Made by a program: the position numbers and the translations under genes. Below, piece after piece: positions 39,801-53,791 of a DNA stretch of 64,000 nt. The notes below the pieces were generated by a model, which had not been told where the DNA came from, searched no databases, and saw only the letters and a program-made list of their open reading frames with translations. Within the stretch, counting starts at the first letter, position 1. The number at the start of each line of letters is the position of its first letter. This DNA is from Camelus ferus (Eukaryota), in contig NC_045697.1 of the NCBI RefSeq assembly GCF_009834535.1, positions 84,694,001 to 84,758,000 of the forward strand, given 5' to 3'.

Positions 39801-40120
39801 CACTTCTTTTCATTTAATTCTCATTTCCTGAAATACTTTCTGTTACTTTTTTTTCTGTCTATAAAATTCTGTAAAATCCTGGACAACCATTTATGTCCTT
39901 TTTGTTTAGTTCAGCACAAAGTAACCTCTCTCCCAACATCTATCTTCTTATTCATAAGACATTTCCTTATCCTATGTTCTTGTGAGAAATTCTTATTAAT
40001 TCTTAATTCTCTTAACCTATATTTATTCAGTAGGTTAGGTTTATTGAGAGTCTACTATATACCTTTATAACAAGCTCCAATGTTTGAATTTCCTAATCTC
40101 TATCACAACATATCACTGGA

Positions 40121-41908
40121 TGTATTACTTTGCTCAGATTGTCATAGGAAAATACCATAGAGTGGGTGGCTGAAACAATAGAAATGCATTTCTCACAGTT
40201 AGAGAGGCTGAGAAGTCCAAAGTCAGGATGCCTTTTTCTTGGCTTGCGGATGGCTGTCCTTTTGCTATGCTCACACGTGGCAGAGAAAGGAAACTATGGT
40301 GTCTCTTCCTCTTATAAGGGCACTAATCTCATCATGGGAGCTTCACTGTCATGACCTCATCTAAAACCTAATTACTTCCCAAAGATCTCCAACTCCTAAT
40401 ACCATCACATTGGGGGGTTAGGGCTTCAACATATGAATTTTGGGGGGACAGAAAGATTCAGTCCATAACATTCCACCCCTGGCCTCCCAAAGTTCATTTT
40501 CTTCCTTCATGCAAAGTATATTCATTCCATCCTAACATCTCTAAAGCCTTAACTTGTTCTAGCATCAACTCTGAAGCCTCAAGTCTCTTCTGAATATCAT
40601 CTAAATCAGATATGAATGAGACTCAGGGTACAATTCATTCTGGAGCAAAATTCTTCTCCAGCTGTGAACCTGTGAAATCAGGCAAGTTGTTCTCTTCCAA
40701 AATACAATGGTGAGACAGACATAGGATAGACATTCCCTTCCAAAAGGAAGAAACAGGAGAGAAGGGAGGAGTGAGGGGTCCTAAGGAAGTCTAAAACCTG
40801 GCAAGGCAAATCCATTAGATATTAAAGTGCAAGAATAATCCTTCTCGGTTTGAAGGTTTGTCCTTCAGGCCCACTAAATAGGTAAAGTCACTCCCACAGC
40901 TTACCTGGTCGACCCCATGCTTGTGACTAGCCAGGGCCAAGGCTTTCTGCAGAGGCCCTACCCACACTGGGGCTTTATGTGGGGGCAGTGGTCCCCCTTC
41001 TGAAGACCAAGGTGGAAGTAGCCTTGTCTGACATTTCCCCTGGGCCTTTGCACACTGGGTCTTTGGTGGGGGTGGGAACCCTGATGATCTTTGAATCACC
41101 TTTGGGATCCTTCGCCCTTCCCTTTTCTTAAAGAATGGTACATGTTTACAGAAATTTGACAGCCTTCCTTCATTCTCTCCTGCTTTCTCTGTCTCCTTTT
41201 GTTCAGCTGACAGTGTCCTTGCTGGTTTAATCCTATTTTTATTCCAGGTCTCTGTTGAGATGCCTGATAATTTCGTGAGCCACACTCATCATCTCTTTAT
41301 CAAATGACTGTTCAGACAGACAGTTACTGTTCTCTTCAGAACATACTTTCTCATTTTTGCAATATAGATAGGCTGAGATTTTTTCAGAGCTCCAAGTTCT
41401 GGTTCCTTTTTACTTAACAATTATATCTTCAATTTATTTTTTCCTTTGGCATTTTACTGTAAGTAGTCAGGAGGGATCAAGCTACTCCTTCAATACTTTG
41501 CTTAGAAATTTCCTCTGCTAAATATCCAGTTTCACTGCTTGCAAGTTCTATCTTCTACAGAACACTAGGACATGAATACAATTTACCCAAGTTATTTGCC
41601 ACTTTATAGCAAGGATCAGCTTTCCTCTGGGTTCCAGTAACGTGTTCCTCATTTCTATCTGAGACCTTGCCAGAATGGCCTTTACCATCCGTATTTCTGC
41701 CAAGAATCTATTCATGATTATTTGTATGTTCTCTAAGAATGGAGGCTTTCTCTGGCCCCTTTTCTTTCTGAGCTTTCATCAGAATTGTCCTTAATGTTCA
41801 TATTTATTTCATGCACCTCAAAATTCCCCCATCCTCTATCCATTATTTAGTTCCAAAGCCACTTTCACATTCTTAGGTGGCTGTTACAGCAACATCCCAC
41901 TTTTTGGT
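40121..41908 (-). mobile_element. MaLR element: MLT1 LTR (40121-40470) plus internal sequence (40471-~41908)
   Basis: LTR TGTATTAC...ttcaacatatgaatttt..TTCAGTCCATAACA, followed directly by ttccacccctggcctcccaaa (PPT side) and MaLR-int motifs. Confidence 0.8.
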
Positions 41909-42223
41909 GGCACTGGCACACAATTCTAATATTGATTTAACAAAAACTGATAGAAATGTAAGGAGAAATAAATAAATCCACCATTATAGTTGGAAATTTC
42001 AACACTCATTTCCAATAAATAACAGAATAAGAAGATAGAATACTAGGAAGATTGTAAAGTTGAACACCATTATCAACCTACTTGACCTAATTGACATTTA
42101 CAGTACCCTCCAAATAACAGCAGCAGAGTACACATTCTTCTCTAGGGCACGGTGTATTTGTCAAGACAGATCATATGCTGAGTCATAAAATAAATTTAAA
42201 TAAAATTTAAAAGATTAAAATCA

Positions 42224-44014
42224 TTTTTGGATTAGGTTGTTTGTTTTTTTCCTTATTAAGTCATATGAGGTGCTTATATATTCTGGAGATCAAGCCTTTG
42301 TTGGTTTCATTGTTTGTAAAAATTTTCTCCCATTCCATAGGTTGTTGTTTTGTTTTACTTATGGTTTCCTTTGCTGTGCAGAAGCTTGTAAGTTTCATTA
42401 GGCCCCATTTGTTTATGCTTGCTTTTATTTCTATTGCTTGGGTAGACTGCCCTAGAACATTTTTGAGATGTATGTGAGATAATGTTTTGCCTATATTTTC
42501 TTCTAGGAGGTTTATTTTATCTTGCCTTATGTTTAAGTCTTTGATCCATTTTGAGTTGATTTTTGTGTATGGTGTAAGGGAGTGTTCTAGCTTCATTGCT
42601 TTACATGCTGCTGTCCAGTTTTCCCAATACCATTTGCTGAAGAGACTGTCTTTATTCCATTGTATATTCTTGCCTCCTTTATTGAAGATTAGTTGACCAA
42701 AAGTGTGTGGGTTCTTTCCTAGGCTCTCTGTTCTGTTCCATTGGTCCATATGTCTGTTTTTGTACCAATACCATGCTGTCTTGATTACTGTAGCTCTATA
42801 GTATTGTCTGAAGTCTAGGAGAGTAATTCCTCCAGCCTCTTTTTCTTCAGTAATGTTTCGGCAATTCTAGGTCTTCTGCGGTTCCATATAAATTTTATTA
42901 TGATTTGTTGTAGTTCTGTGAAATATGTTCTGGGTAATTTGATAGGGATTGCATTAAATCTGTGGATTGCCTTGGGCAGTATGACCATTTTAACAATATT
43001 GATTCTTCCAATCCAGGACCATGGGATATCTTTCCATTTTTTTAAGTCTTATTAAATTTCCTTAAACAACCCAATCCAAAAATGGACAGAAGACCTAAAC
43101 AAGCAATTCTCCAAGGAAAAAATACAAATCATCAGTAGGCACATGAAAAAATGCTCAATATCACTAATTATCAGAGAAATACAAATCAAAACTAATGAGA
43201 TATCACCTCTCACCAGTCAAAATGGCCATCATTCAAAAGTCCACAAATGACAAATGCTCGAGAGGCTGTGGAGAAAAGGGAACCCTCCTACACTGCTGGT
43301 GGGAATGCAATTTGATGCAGCCACTGTGAAAAACAGTATGGAGATTCCTCAAAAGACTAGGAATAGACTTACCATATGACCCACCAATCCCACTCCTGGG
43401 CATATATCCAGAAGGAGCCCTACTTCAAAAAGACACCTGCACCCCAATGTTCATAGCAGCACTATAGCCAAGACATGGAAACAGCCTAAATGTCCATCAA
43501 CAGATGACTGGATAAAGAAGAAGTAGTATATTTATACAATGGAATACTATTCAGCCATAAAAACTGACAACATAATGCCATTTGCAGCAACATGGATGTT
43601 CATGGAGAATGTCATTCTAAGTGAAGTAAGCCAGAAAGAGAAAGAAAAATACCATATGAGATCGCTCATATGTGGAATCTAAAAAAAAAAAAAAAAGGAA
43701 CATAAATGCAAAACAGAAACAGACACATAGACATAGAATACAAACTTGTGGTTGCCAAGGGGGAGGAGGGTGGGAAGGGATAGACTGGGAGTTCAAAATT
43801 TGTACACTGACAGGCATATGTAGAATAGATAAACAAGATTATACTGTATAACACAGGGAAATATATACAAGATCTTGTGGTAGCTCACAGCAAAAAAGAA
43901 TGTGACAATGAATATATGTATGTTCATGTATAACTGAAAAATTGTGCTCTACACTGGAATTTGACACAACATTGTAAAATGACTATAACTCAATAAAAAA
44001 ACGTTTAAAAAAAA
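42224..44014 (+). mobile_element. Young lineage-specific L1 with 5' inversion (42224-43063 antisense; 43064-44014 sense with poly(A))
   Basis: ORF 42261..42749(-) is L1 ORF2 (DQWNRTES..QLIFNKGGKNIQW..INSKWIKDLN). The sense part continues the ORF2 C-terminus and 3' UTR to AATAAA/poly(A). Confidence 0.92.
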
Positions 44015-44777
44015 GAATGAGAAGACAGAAAAGAAATGATTAATACCATGAAATACATTATCTGACCATTAAGGAATTAAATTGGAAATCAATAATAGAA
44101 AGATACTGGGATAAACCAATCAATATTTGGAAACTAAATAACACAGCCTTAAATAAACCATCATTTACAGAAGTAATGAAAAGGAAAATTAGCAAGTATT
44201 TCGGTCTGAATGAAACTAAAGCACAACAGTTAAAATTTATAGAGAGGAGCTAAACAATACATAGAAAATTATAGCACTAATTGCATTTTAGGAAGGAAGG
44301 AAGGCCATCAATGACCTAAGTTTTAACTTTAAGAAACTAGAAAAGGAGCAAATGAAATCCAAAGTTAGCTGAAAAAAAAAAAAAAAAAAAAGGAAAGAAC
44401 ATACCAGCAAAAATCCATATTAAAAAAGGAAAATAATTCAGAAAAATCAATGAAACTCAAAACTGATTCCTTGAGAATAGTAAAAATATTGATAAAACTC
44501 TGGTCAGACTGATCAGGAAAAAAAGAGCAGAGATACATATTGCAAACATCAAAAATAAGAGAGATGACATAACTGCAGTTTATACAGATATTTCAAAAGA
44601 TAACAGGGAAGAAGATAATAGGGGTTTATTATGTACATTTCATACTAATAATCTAGATAGCTTAAATGATATGGTCAAAGTCCTTGAAAGCTGTCAACCC
44701 TCATTGAAGAAGAATTAGATAACCTGAATAGCCCTATATATTAAAGGAATTGAATTTTTAGTTAGAAACCTCCCCCC

Positions 44778-44827
44778 ACCACAGACACACAGATACACAG
44801 ACACACACAGACACACACACACACACA
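44778..44827. repeat. Imperfect (CA)n microsatellite
   Basis: cacagacacacagatacacag..cacacaca. Confidence 0.85.
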
Positions 44828-46489
44828 AACCATGCCCAGCTAGATTCATTGGTGAATTCTACAAAGCATGCAAGGAAGAAATAATATAAATTTCATGAAA
44901 AATTCTTCCAAAATTTAAAGAATGACTGCTTCTCAAACTATTCCATGAGGCTAGAAATCCTCTGATACCAAAACCAAGCAAAGACAGTACATGAAAAGAA
45001 AACCACAGACCAGCATCCATTCATTAACATCGATGCAGAAAGTCTTAACGAAACTTTCAAAAATCAAATACAACGATATATAGAAGTGAGAGTACATCAT
45101 GACCAATATAAATCCAAGAATGCAAGGTTAGTTTAAGATTTGGTAATCTACCAGTTTAATACACCATGACCAGCTCAATATATGCAGAGAATGTATTTGA
45201 CAAAATCTAATATCAATTCCTGATTAAAATCTTTCGGAATAGAAAGAAACTTCCTTAAGTTGATAAAGAGTTACAAAAAAAAACCTTACTATTAAAATTC
45301 TACTTCATGATGAAAGACTGAATATTTTTCTTACTAAGATCAAGAACAAGTGAAGGTTTTCTGCTTTCACCACTTCTGTTCAGTAGGGTTTAGACAGTGT
45401 AGTAAAGAGGAAGAAAACCCGAAGGCATAGGATTTGGAAGAAGTAAAACTGTCTTTATTGACAGATGGCAAGATTGTATCTGTAGAAAATCCAATGCAAT
45501 CTACAAAAACATATTCAAACTTATTCAAAATGTAATAAGTGAATTTTGCGAGTTTGCAAGACACAAAATCAATACACAGAAAAATCAATTGTGAAATGGC
45601 CTCTATCAGTAGAGTTTTGTTAAATTCAATGTTTTAGGATTAGCAAAAGAAGATAAAGAATCTGTTGATACCCACCCTATTAGTATGTATTACTTTTTCA
45701 TGGATACCATGTTGCTAATACCCTCAGAGACCAAAATCTATTTTGTTTTCTATCTTGAGAATGTTTATAATCTGTCCTCTGGAACAGCGATGATTAGAGT
45801 TACATTTAGGACTTTGCAACTCTTCAACTTTGTTCTGTTAATATCTGTTCTTTATTTGTTCTACCTAATTCTTGCATTCCAAGCTGTTTTATTGGCAAAT
45901 ATATTTCCTCACAAAAATCAAGAATCATTATCTGATGTGGAGATTCATAATGTTCAGTCAATCTTTTGTTTTGTCTAACTTACTTCACTCAAATATTCTG
46001 AATAGCAGTATTCTAGGAATTTCTATGTTAGAAATTTAGACATAATAGAATTCCAAGAAGTAAATAAAATTTTTATCTGCATTGCATAATTCCTACCTCC
46101 AGACTGGTTCCCAGGGTTTGATTTGACACAGGTGGGGCTTAAAGAGTTGGCCCATTTCCAAGCCATCTCCTACACAAACATTGACAAATAAATTGGTTTC
46201 AATGTCAGTTATGGTCCATATGAGTGATTATGCTTAACTGACATCAAGAATGTTCTTTTTCTGTATTTCCATCCAAATGGTCCAAATAAATATGTGACAG
46301 ACTATCCTCGCATTTGAGTGAGAATAACAACGAATGATTGACTATATTTTTTAGGATGAGAGAGGAGATTTTTTGGTTTATTTGATGGAGACATTTAATA
46401 TTTTAAAATGATACAATCTGGCAGAAAACACTGAGCCAAAGATATGAATAACTTAGAAGTATATGTTTCTAAAAGAATAAGGAAAAACA

Positions 46490-46490
46490 C

Positions 46491-46552
<62 letters not shown>
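46490..46552. repeat. (TA)n(TG)n(TA)n compound microsatellite
   Basis: Visible perfect runs. Confidence 0.95.
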
Positions 46553-49500
46553 ATAAGCCATAAATCTGTACCTATTCTAAAATAACTTTTCAGATTCTTT
46601 GACACTGAGAACTAAAAAACTAATGGCAAGCATTATTAGATAGTAAAGCAAAGAAATCCCGAGTAGTCTAGCTTTCTGATAGTACCTTTTCTTGATACAG
46701 CCAAATGTAACAGACTAACTTCCATCCTACATATTGCAAGAGGCATACGGCTTTGCCCATTGTTTCTATTGATTCTTGTTTTAAGGTGGGCCGATTTCTA
46801 GTCTGCTCTAAATTCCTGCTCCTGCTGGTTTCTCAATTCCTATTTGTCATTTTCTTTAGGTTCTGTCCTTTTTCTACTCTACTTCTTTCCTAAATATAAG
46901 TAAAAAAACCAGACTTGGTTTTTCCATTCCTCTAAAGTATACCACAACAAGGTTATCCATGTAAGTGTCTTAGATTTGATGGCTAATATAGGAGGATTAA
47001 ACACAGAAGTTAAACACGTTAGATCAGGACAGTAGGTAAAAGTCCTCTGGCTACTGGGAACCGCTCATTGGCCTTCTTTCTTCTTTGTTGTCATTTTTCT
47101 GAATTCCTTTTTTTTCTCCCTCTATCGGATTCTTCAGTCATCCCTAATAATTCAAGTAGCTGGTCACCATATCTGCATTATCCATTGCCCATTAATGGAA
47201 AAGTTTCACAATTTTTTTCTGAACAAACAAAATCAGGGTTTTTCCCCTGTATTAACTGATCAGTCCAAAGAAACAAAAATCTTCTAGTACGTAAACAATA
47301 AATAACTTAAATATTTTATTTATTTCTTTCATATATTAAGATATTGAGCAGTTTTGTGGGGCACATCACGTGCAGACTGATGGCTTAGTATCCAGTTGAT
47401 GGCACTGATAAGGTTGTTTTGGTTGTTGACAGCAGTGCTACTGGCATTGATTAGTGCCTGTGCCCAGCAGTTATTAAATACTCTGAGTATCACCTCTAGC
47501 TAAATCTATTTTCCTATGAAAAAAAGGTACATATTAATGTAGTTTTATTTTTAGGTTATTATAATTCTCTTATTTCAGTCAATCCATTTCAAGTTGCTCT
47601 TCTTTCATGCTTTTAATCAAAGATTGATAATACTTACATGTCTTAAAGAAATAATAAATATATGCATGAAAAAAGGCCTAGTAAAGTATATTATTTCCTG
47701 TTTTCTATTTTTCCTAGTCTTCCTGCCTCAAAATTTGGGTGCAATTATATGTAATTTTCCCAGTGGTACATAGATCAGAGTTTAGCATTTAAAAATATTT
47801 TATATGTAAATTCTAGAAAATATTTCACTATTTCTGTGTTTTCTGCTTCGTGTGATTTTGGGTAAGTAAAAATAAAATCTCAAAACTAATCTGAGTCAGT
47901 ACTGCTATGAAAGCTGGAAAACTAAAACTTCAGTATACATAATATATTCAGGCACAGTATTTATTTAGATTCATCTTGTAGCTGATTTTCTCTGGTTTAT
48001 GTATAAACTTCCAAAAGTGAGAACAGCGGTGCCTTAATCATACATATCATACTAGTCTGATTCCTAGGATGTTTACTTCAGGAGTATGTGCTTGACTCAG
48101 TGTTTATAGCCTCAGAAAATTGGAACCTAATTTCCAGAAATCAGTCTATACACTTAAAATAAGAAGACATTATTTTCTCAGAAAAGGGCCATCTCTCTTA
48201 GATTTACTTGTAACTTCTGAGAAGCAAGGATTTTATCTTGAGAACGTGAGAATAGAATGAGTTCAGTTCTACGTAAACTAAACTTAATAGCCTCTAAGAT
48301 GTAGGTACAAATAAATTGATGGTTTTGCTGCAGCTGGTAACGATGCTGGTGTTGACATCATCACTACAGTAAAAGAAGTAGTAGAAAGGCTGCTGTTTTC
48401 TTTTTTAAAGCCCTGAATTAACCCTATAAAATGGAGTTAACACTTTGTTAAATTCCAGATTTAGAAGCTCAGGTTCAGTGAAGAAATTCCAGGATGCCTG
48501 TAAGAAACTAGAGCTATAGACAAAATTTCTTTACAAATCTCGACATCTAAGATACATCATCTTTCAAAGATTCTAATATTTACATTTGTCTTCACATTTT
48601 AACATTTTAACTTCTCTGGAAACAGGTTGTGTCTTGTGGTAGTCCTGATGGAGTTGTCTTTGCTTGAGTGTGCATAAAAACTTGCAGAATGTGTCAGCAA
48701 GTCGGAATCCAATTCCAGAGACATAGTGCATCACCAGCATTTGTGACGATACAGGTGACAGTATTGTGTGGGAAAACATGGTTACCCATGACTTTGGATT
48801 TAAAAATATTGTGAAAGGTTGGACTTGGACTATGAGTGAACTTTAGGAATACCTTAACCAACTTGTTTCGCTTATCTTTTCACTTTTATGTAGGCTCAAG
48901 AATGACATAAGGTAAAAACTATACCTTAATTAATATAAAGTCCTTTCAATAAGTATGTAGTAAAAGTTGTTACAGAAAACATTGTATTATAACTCATGTA
49001 TTTGTTTTCTTTTCCTTGTGGTACATAAAATAATGACATCCTTACAGTCAATTTTATATTATGATTCTGAGATAGACATAGATAGTGAGATTATAGAATT
49101 TTTGAATTGCTAATTTCAAAGATGTTTTTGTTATTGCTCTGTTTTTAAAGGGTTATTATGAATCATATCGTATCAAAGGAGTCATTAAAGCATTTCTCAA
49201 AGAGGATTAAAAGTAAAAATTTAAAGGATTTAATATTTCCTTTCATTCTCATGAGTAACATTCTTTTTGAGAACTACTTTTAAATATGTTCTTTAAAGGC
49301 AAACTTCAAAGTCTAACTTGGGGCCATAAGTAAACTGCTTTGTCTTGTTTATTGTAGAAAATCATCTTTGAGGTTTTTGAGTTTAGTTTGGAAGAGGATT
49401 TAGCACTCTGCACGTTTATATTTGAGATTGCAATATTGACTGATTATCTTCCCTAAAATGTAATAGATATCAAAAATGGCTTATAACACTCAATATTTTC

Positions 49501-50911
49501 AGAATGTTTGCCATTGCTTTACTTGATGATTATTATTTTAAAAAAAACTCTCTGATCCTCCTTTCTGAAGAGGAAACCAAAATTACTTCTCAATCACTTC
49601 ACTGTCTGTGTATAATCTATGATTTGGAATGGGTAAACCAATAAGGCAGCACCTCATCTTCCCAGTGTTGCCTAAGAAAGATATGTTTTAGGTCAGAACA
49701 TTTCCCAAATAATTGAAACATAGACATTTAGATGCCAAACCTAAATTTTTTGTTTACTATTTCTGATATAAATATTTCTACAACACATCTTTCTGTCATT
49801 CTTAATTAGACAGGACTGAAATAGAAGCTTTAACATTTCGCATTATGTGGCAATCTCAAGAGGGAAACTGCTTGTTGATGAGTCTTTAGTACACAGTGAA
49901 CAGCGGGATTAGAGGAAGCAGTTAATGGCATGGACTACACTCAGAACCATGTGAACTTTCACCTTTTGTAGAAGATGGAGGCTCTTTATTCTGAATACCA
50001 GTTACAGCAGATCGTGTGCTCTGGTCCCTAGGGCTGTGTGCACAATGTAGGGGCCTCGGCCTCCAGGGTTCTGTTATGACTCTGGAAGCAGGACTTTGAG
50101 ATCTGTATTTTCACTTCTTTAGAGAGGCAATTCCATAATCTCACTGCATTATTTTTGACTGAGAGTTCACATGTGTTCTGATCAATAATTGAACTAAGCA
50201 TCACCTCACTGTTTCCACTTGACTTTCTTCTTTCTAGTTATGGTACCACTATTCACTTAGCCATCTATCCTTTTTTGAAATCTGTGATTTTCTCCATTTC
50301 TGTTCTTCCATGTAGGTCTGTCAGTTGTACCACTGGCTTCCTCTTTACATCTTTACTCTCAACATTTTCTTTTTAAATTTAATTTTTAAGTTTTTATTCT
50401 GTGATTGTCTTTGCCTGGAAAATTTCAGTTTGCCATTATGCTTGATCTTTAGGCCTCTGGTCTCTTCACTTTCAAGTGAATTAGGTACAGATTTGACAGT
50501 ATTTCCCTGTTCAAAAATCTCCAGTTGTTCCCTGTTTGTTTTAAATTATTTTTTTCACCAAACATTAAAAACGATTGCCAGCAGAGACTTAGTTCTATTG
50601 GTTCACATATGGATAAAAGGGTATAAAATTATTTTGACATTAAAGTACTGCATTTCTTCCACATCAGTCATTTGTTTGGCAGTCTACTCTAAAATCTCCT
50701 TGAGCATCAAGATCGAATGCATCAAATATATCAGTCTTCATGTGTTCTGGATCGATTCTTGAGAATCTTCTCTCCACCCTCAGGAGATCGTTTGAAGCCG
50801 CTCAAGAGATTGACTTTTTGAAACTTACCTACAAATACTTCAAGGACATACTTGTGCATTTTGTCAGTAGCTTGAGATGCTGCTGAATCTTTTTAAAGTC
50901 CTTAATTCTGC

Positions 50912-51265
50912 TTTTAAAATTTGTTTTCCAGTTTTACTGAGCTGTAATTGACACGTAACATTGAATAAGTTTAAGGTGTACACGTGTTGATTTAATATGC
51001 TTATATATTACAAATCAGATCCACCACAGCGTTGGCTAGGAGCTCCGTCCTGTCATATAATTACCATTTCTTTTATGTGGTGAGAACATTTAAGATCTAC
51101 TCTCTTTGAAACTTTCAAGTATGTAATACAAGATAATTAGTTATAATCACTATGCTATATAGTAGATCCCCAATGTTAATCTTACAACTGGAATTTATGT
51201 CCTTTGACCAGTATCTCCCCATTTTCCCCACTCCCGACCCCCAGCCCCTTTTAACCACTACTCTT
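50912..51265 (-). mobile_element. L1 3' end (L1MA9/L1MB-like)
   Basis: taattgaca..aagtttaaggtgtaca..gtggtgagaacatttaagatctactctct..tatctccccattt. Confidence 0.8.
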
Positions 51266-52224
51266 AACCCTTATTACTGTGTGTTCATTTCTGTACTCAT
51301 ATGTTTGTCACCATTTTGTCTGAGATACCAACCACTGTGTGTGATGTGCCAGGTGTTATAGACATGATACTACACAAAAATGGATATGATTTTTATTCTT
51401 ATCTAGCTTATCAACTAGCCTTCTTCACCATTTGGAGTTGAAACATATATTTTTATTGTATATTCTATTTCTAGAACTTGAAGATCATTTTTGTTGCTGG
51501 AGAAAAATAAAATTATGTTGTCTGTTAGCAAATTGCTCTCTTCTCCAAGCAGTCAGGTCCTTCTTTGCCTGCCTTTTCTTTCCTCATTGCCTAAAATATG
51601 ATGAAAAAGTACTTTATGTTGTCCTAAGCATTTTTCACAAGTCTCAGCTCATTTTGAACGTAGCTCTTTTGACACTGATTTGAAACATATTGTATATATA
51701 GCTGTGCATGTTTTTTAACTTTATGGTGTATTATACATATTTTTCCATTTAATTAAGTATAACCTGAAAACATGTTATTTAATATCTGTTTAATAGTCCA
51801 TCCTATTTAACCATCCTCTATTTGGGGCTATTTGGTTTGAGTCCAATATTTTTTTTTTGCCTTATTCTGCAATTTTAAATAATGCTTCTGTGAACATCCT
51901 GGTACATAATTCTTTGCCTGCATTTCTGATTATTTCCTTATGCTGTACTCCAGCCTCCAAATACTGTCCATTTCTTGTGCCCAGGGACTAAGTAGACTGG
52001 CTGTTTTTCCAATCTATGTCCAGTGAATGTATTTTTCACTCAGTGATTTTCAGAACTTTCTTGATGACTGACCAGATGGAGTGTTGCCCATCTGTGCCTT
52101 GAAATCTTCCCCAGTCTCCTCCAACATATACCCTTGCAGCAAGCTAGGACACTGTGAGGACAGGAGAAGGAAGGTAAGGGCCCGTACACCTTGCTGGTGA
52201 TGATGGTAGGGCAGATGAACTCTA

Positions 52225-52420
52225 GTCTCTGTCCTGCCTTCCCTCTCTCTGCCATGAGAAGACAGTGAGAAGGAGGCCGTCTGCAAGGCAGTAGAATTCT
52301 CACCAGGAACCCACTTGGCCCACACCTCAGTCTCAGGCTTTCCAGCCCCTAAACTGGGAGAAAATCAATTTCTGTTGGTTAAGTCACCCAGTCTATGGGA
52401 TTTTTGTTATGGCAAATATA
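52225..52420 (+). mobile_element. MLT1 LTR 3' fragment
   Basis: gccatgagaagacagtgagaagg..ccagcccctaaactgggagaaaatcaatttctgttggttaagtcacccagtctatgg. Confidence 0.8.
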
Positions 52421-53721
52421 CCATTGAAGGCAACAAATTTAGGATGTCTTATGAGTTGGAAAATGGCATTACACAGATGTTTTAGACTGCCGCTGAATAT
52501 TAGCTTTAAAAAACCTGAAACCCCAAACCCCAAAGTTTAGCCAACTGCAGTAAAATATTTTGTCTCATGTTATTACTATTTCTTTAGTCTTGCTTCTTCT
52601 TTCTCGCTTCTTCTCCTTTTTATTTATGTAGCATTTTACAGATGAGTAAACCATGTAAACTATACATGCTATTTCAGCTTCAATCTTTCATTATGGATTT
52701 TAACCTATAGTTCAAAGCAGGAGAGAATCAACTGATAATCATTTCAAAGGGAGCCCTTTTTGAAGGTGTATATCCAGTCACTTGTATGGGTACTATTTTC
52801 AATCCTTGCTAACCAAGAAAAAAAATTGAATATGGAATTTTCCCATTTAGTTCCTCTTTTTGGTTGACTCTTCTTAAGTTATGATACAACTTACGATTTT
52901 AATGAATTTTCTGGAATTCATTTTATGAATTTTCTAATGTTTCAGCTTTGCTTTGTGATCAAGGAGTAGGTAGTTACTTATTCTCATATATTCTCAGTGG
53001 ATCGTAAAGAGGAATTACTTACATCGAACCATTTTTCTGACACTTTGTGGCATGGGGTTTTCTTTGTTCATGTTGACTGTTTTGCGTCATTAGCATACTG
53101 TTGTAAATGAATTGTTGGATCTAATTCATACCAGGAAATATTTGTCTTATGTGGCCACTGTGTGGCCTGGGATGTGTGAGCTGAGAAATCTATTGGGCTG
53201 TAAGTTTTCCTTTAGAGTGTTTGAAGAACCCTCAGGTGCTGTTGAAAGTAAAGGATGAGACTGCTCTCAGGAAAACAAAGGTTTTATTACGTTTTCTCAA
53301 GCAATGAGGATAGCTAGATAAAAGAAAAAAAAAAAACAAAGCAGTAAAAGTCCTACATGTAGTGCCATATGCCAACAAGAGGAATAACTGACCAGAGAAG
53401 AGTCCCCAGTGGGTCGCTGCTAGCTTACATTTATTTCCTCATGCAGCTAGTGGATCTTTCAGAGGAGAAATCAAGTGCCCTGACTCCCAACAAACAAATA
53501 TATGTTCCTGGGGTTTGTGTGCCCCCCCCCATTAATCCAGATTCTATTTTCAAATAAACAGAGTAGGCTTTATAGGTAGGAAATGAAAGCTTGACTGGCA
53601 TCAGATGATGTCTCAGGTGCTTGACAAAGCTATGTCATGGCATTGTTATCCTCATCTCATTTTTTAAAAATTATAAGCAACAATGGCCAAATATCACTGG
53701 TGACTATGACGACTATGAGAG

Positions 53722-53723
<2 letters not shown>

Positions 53724-53777
<54 letters not shown>

Positions 53778-53791
53778 CCTATCTTTCTATC
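53724..53791. repeat. (TATC)13 tetranucleotide STR with degenerate tail
   Basis: Perfect TATC run 53724-53775, then tacc tatc tttc tatc. Confidence 0.95.

Larger units (their letters stand above)
41925..45590 (+). mobile_element. Old L1 ORF2 fragment (EN to RT region), split by a younger L1 at 42224-44014
   Basis: ccattatagttggaaatttcaacac, cttgacctaattgacattta, gaaaaatcaatgaaac, ctgataccaaaacca, gtagaaaatcc motifs are colinear across the insertion. Confidence 0.85.

Noticed and set aside
39573..40070. 165-aa hydrophobic ORF
   Set aside because: T-rich, low-complexity composition (probably decayed L2) giving an F/L/I bias, with no homology or gene context.
40815..41285. 156-aa ORF
   Set aside because: Lies inside the MaLR internal sequence and has no recognisable domain.
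42261..42749. 162-aa ORF as an independent gene
   Set aside because: A fragment of L1 ORF2 in the inverted arm.
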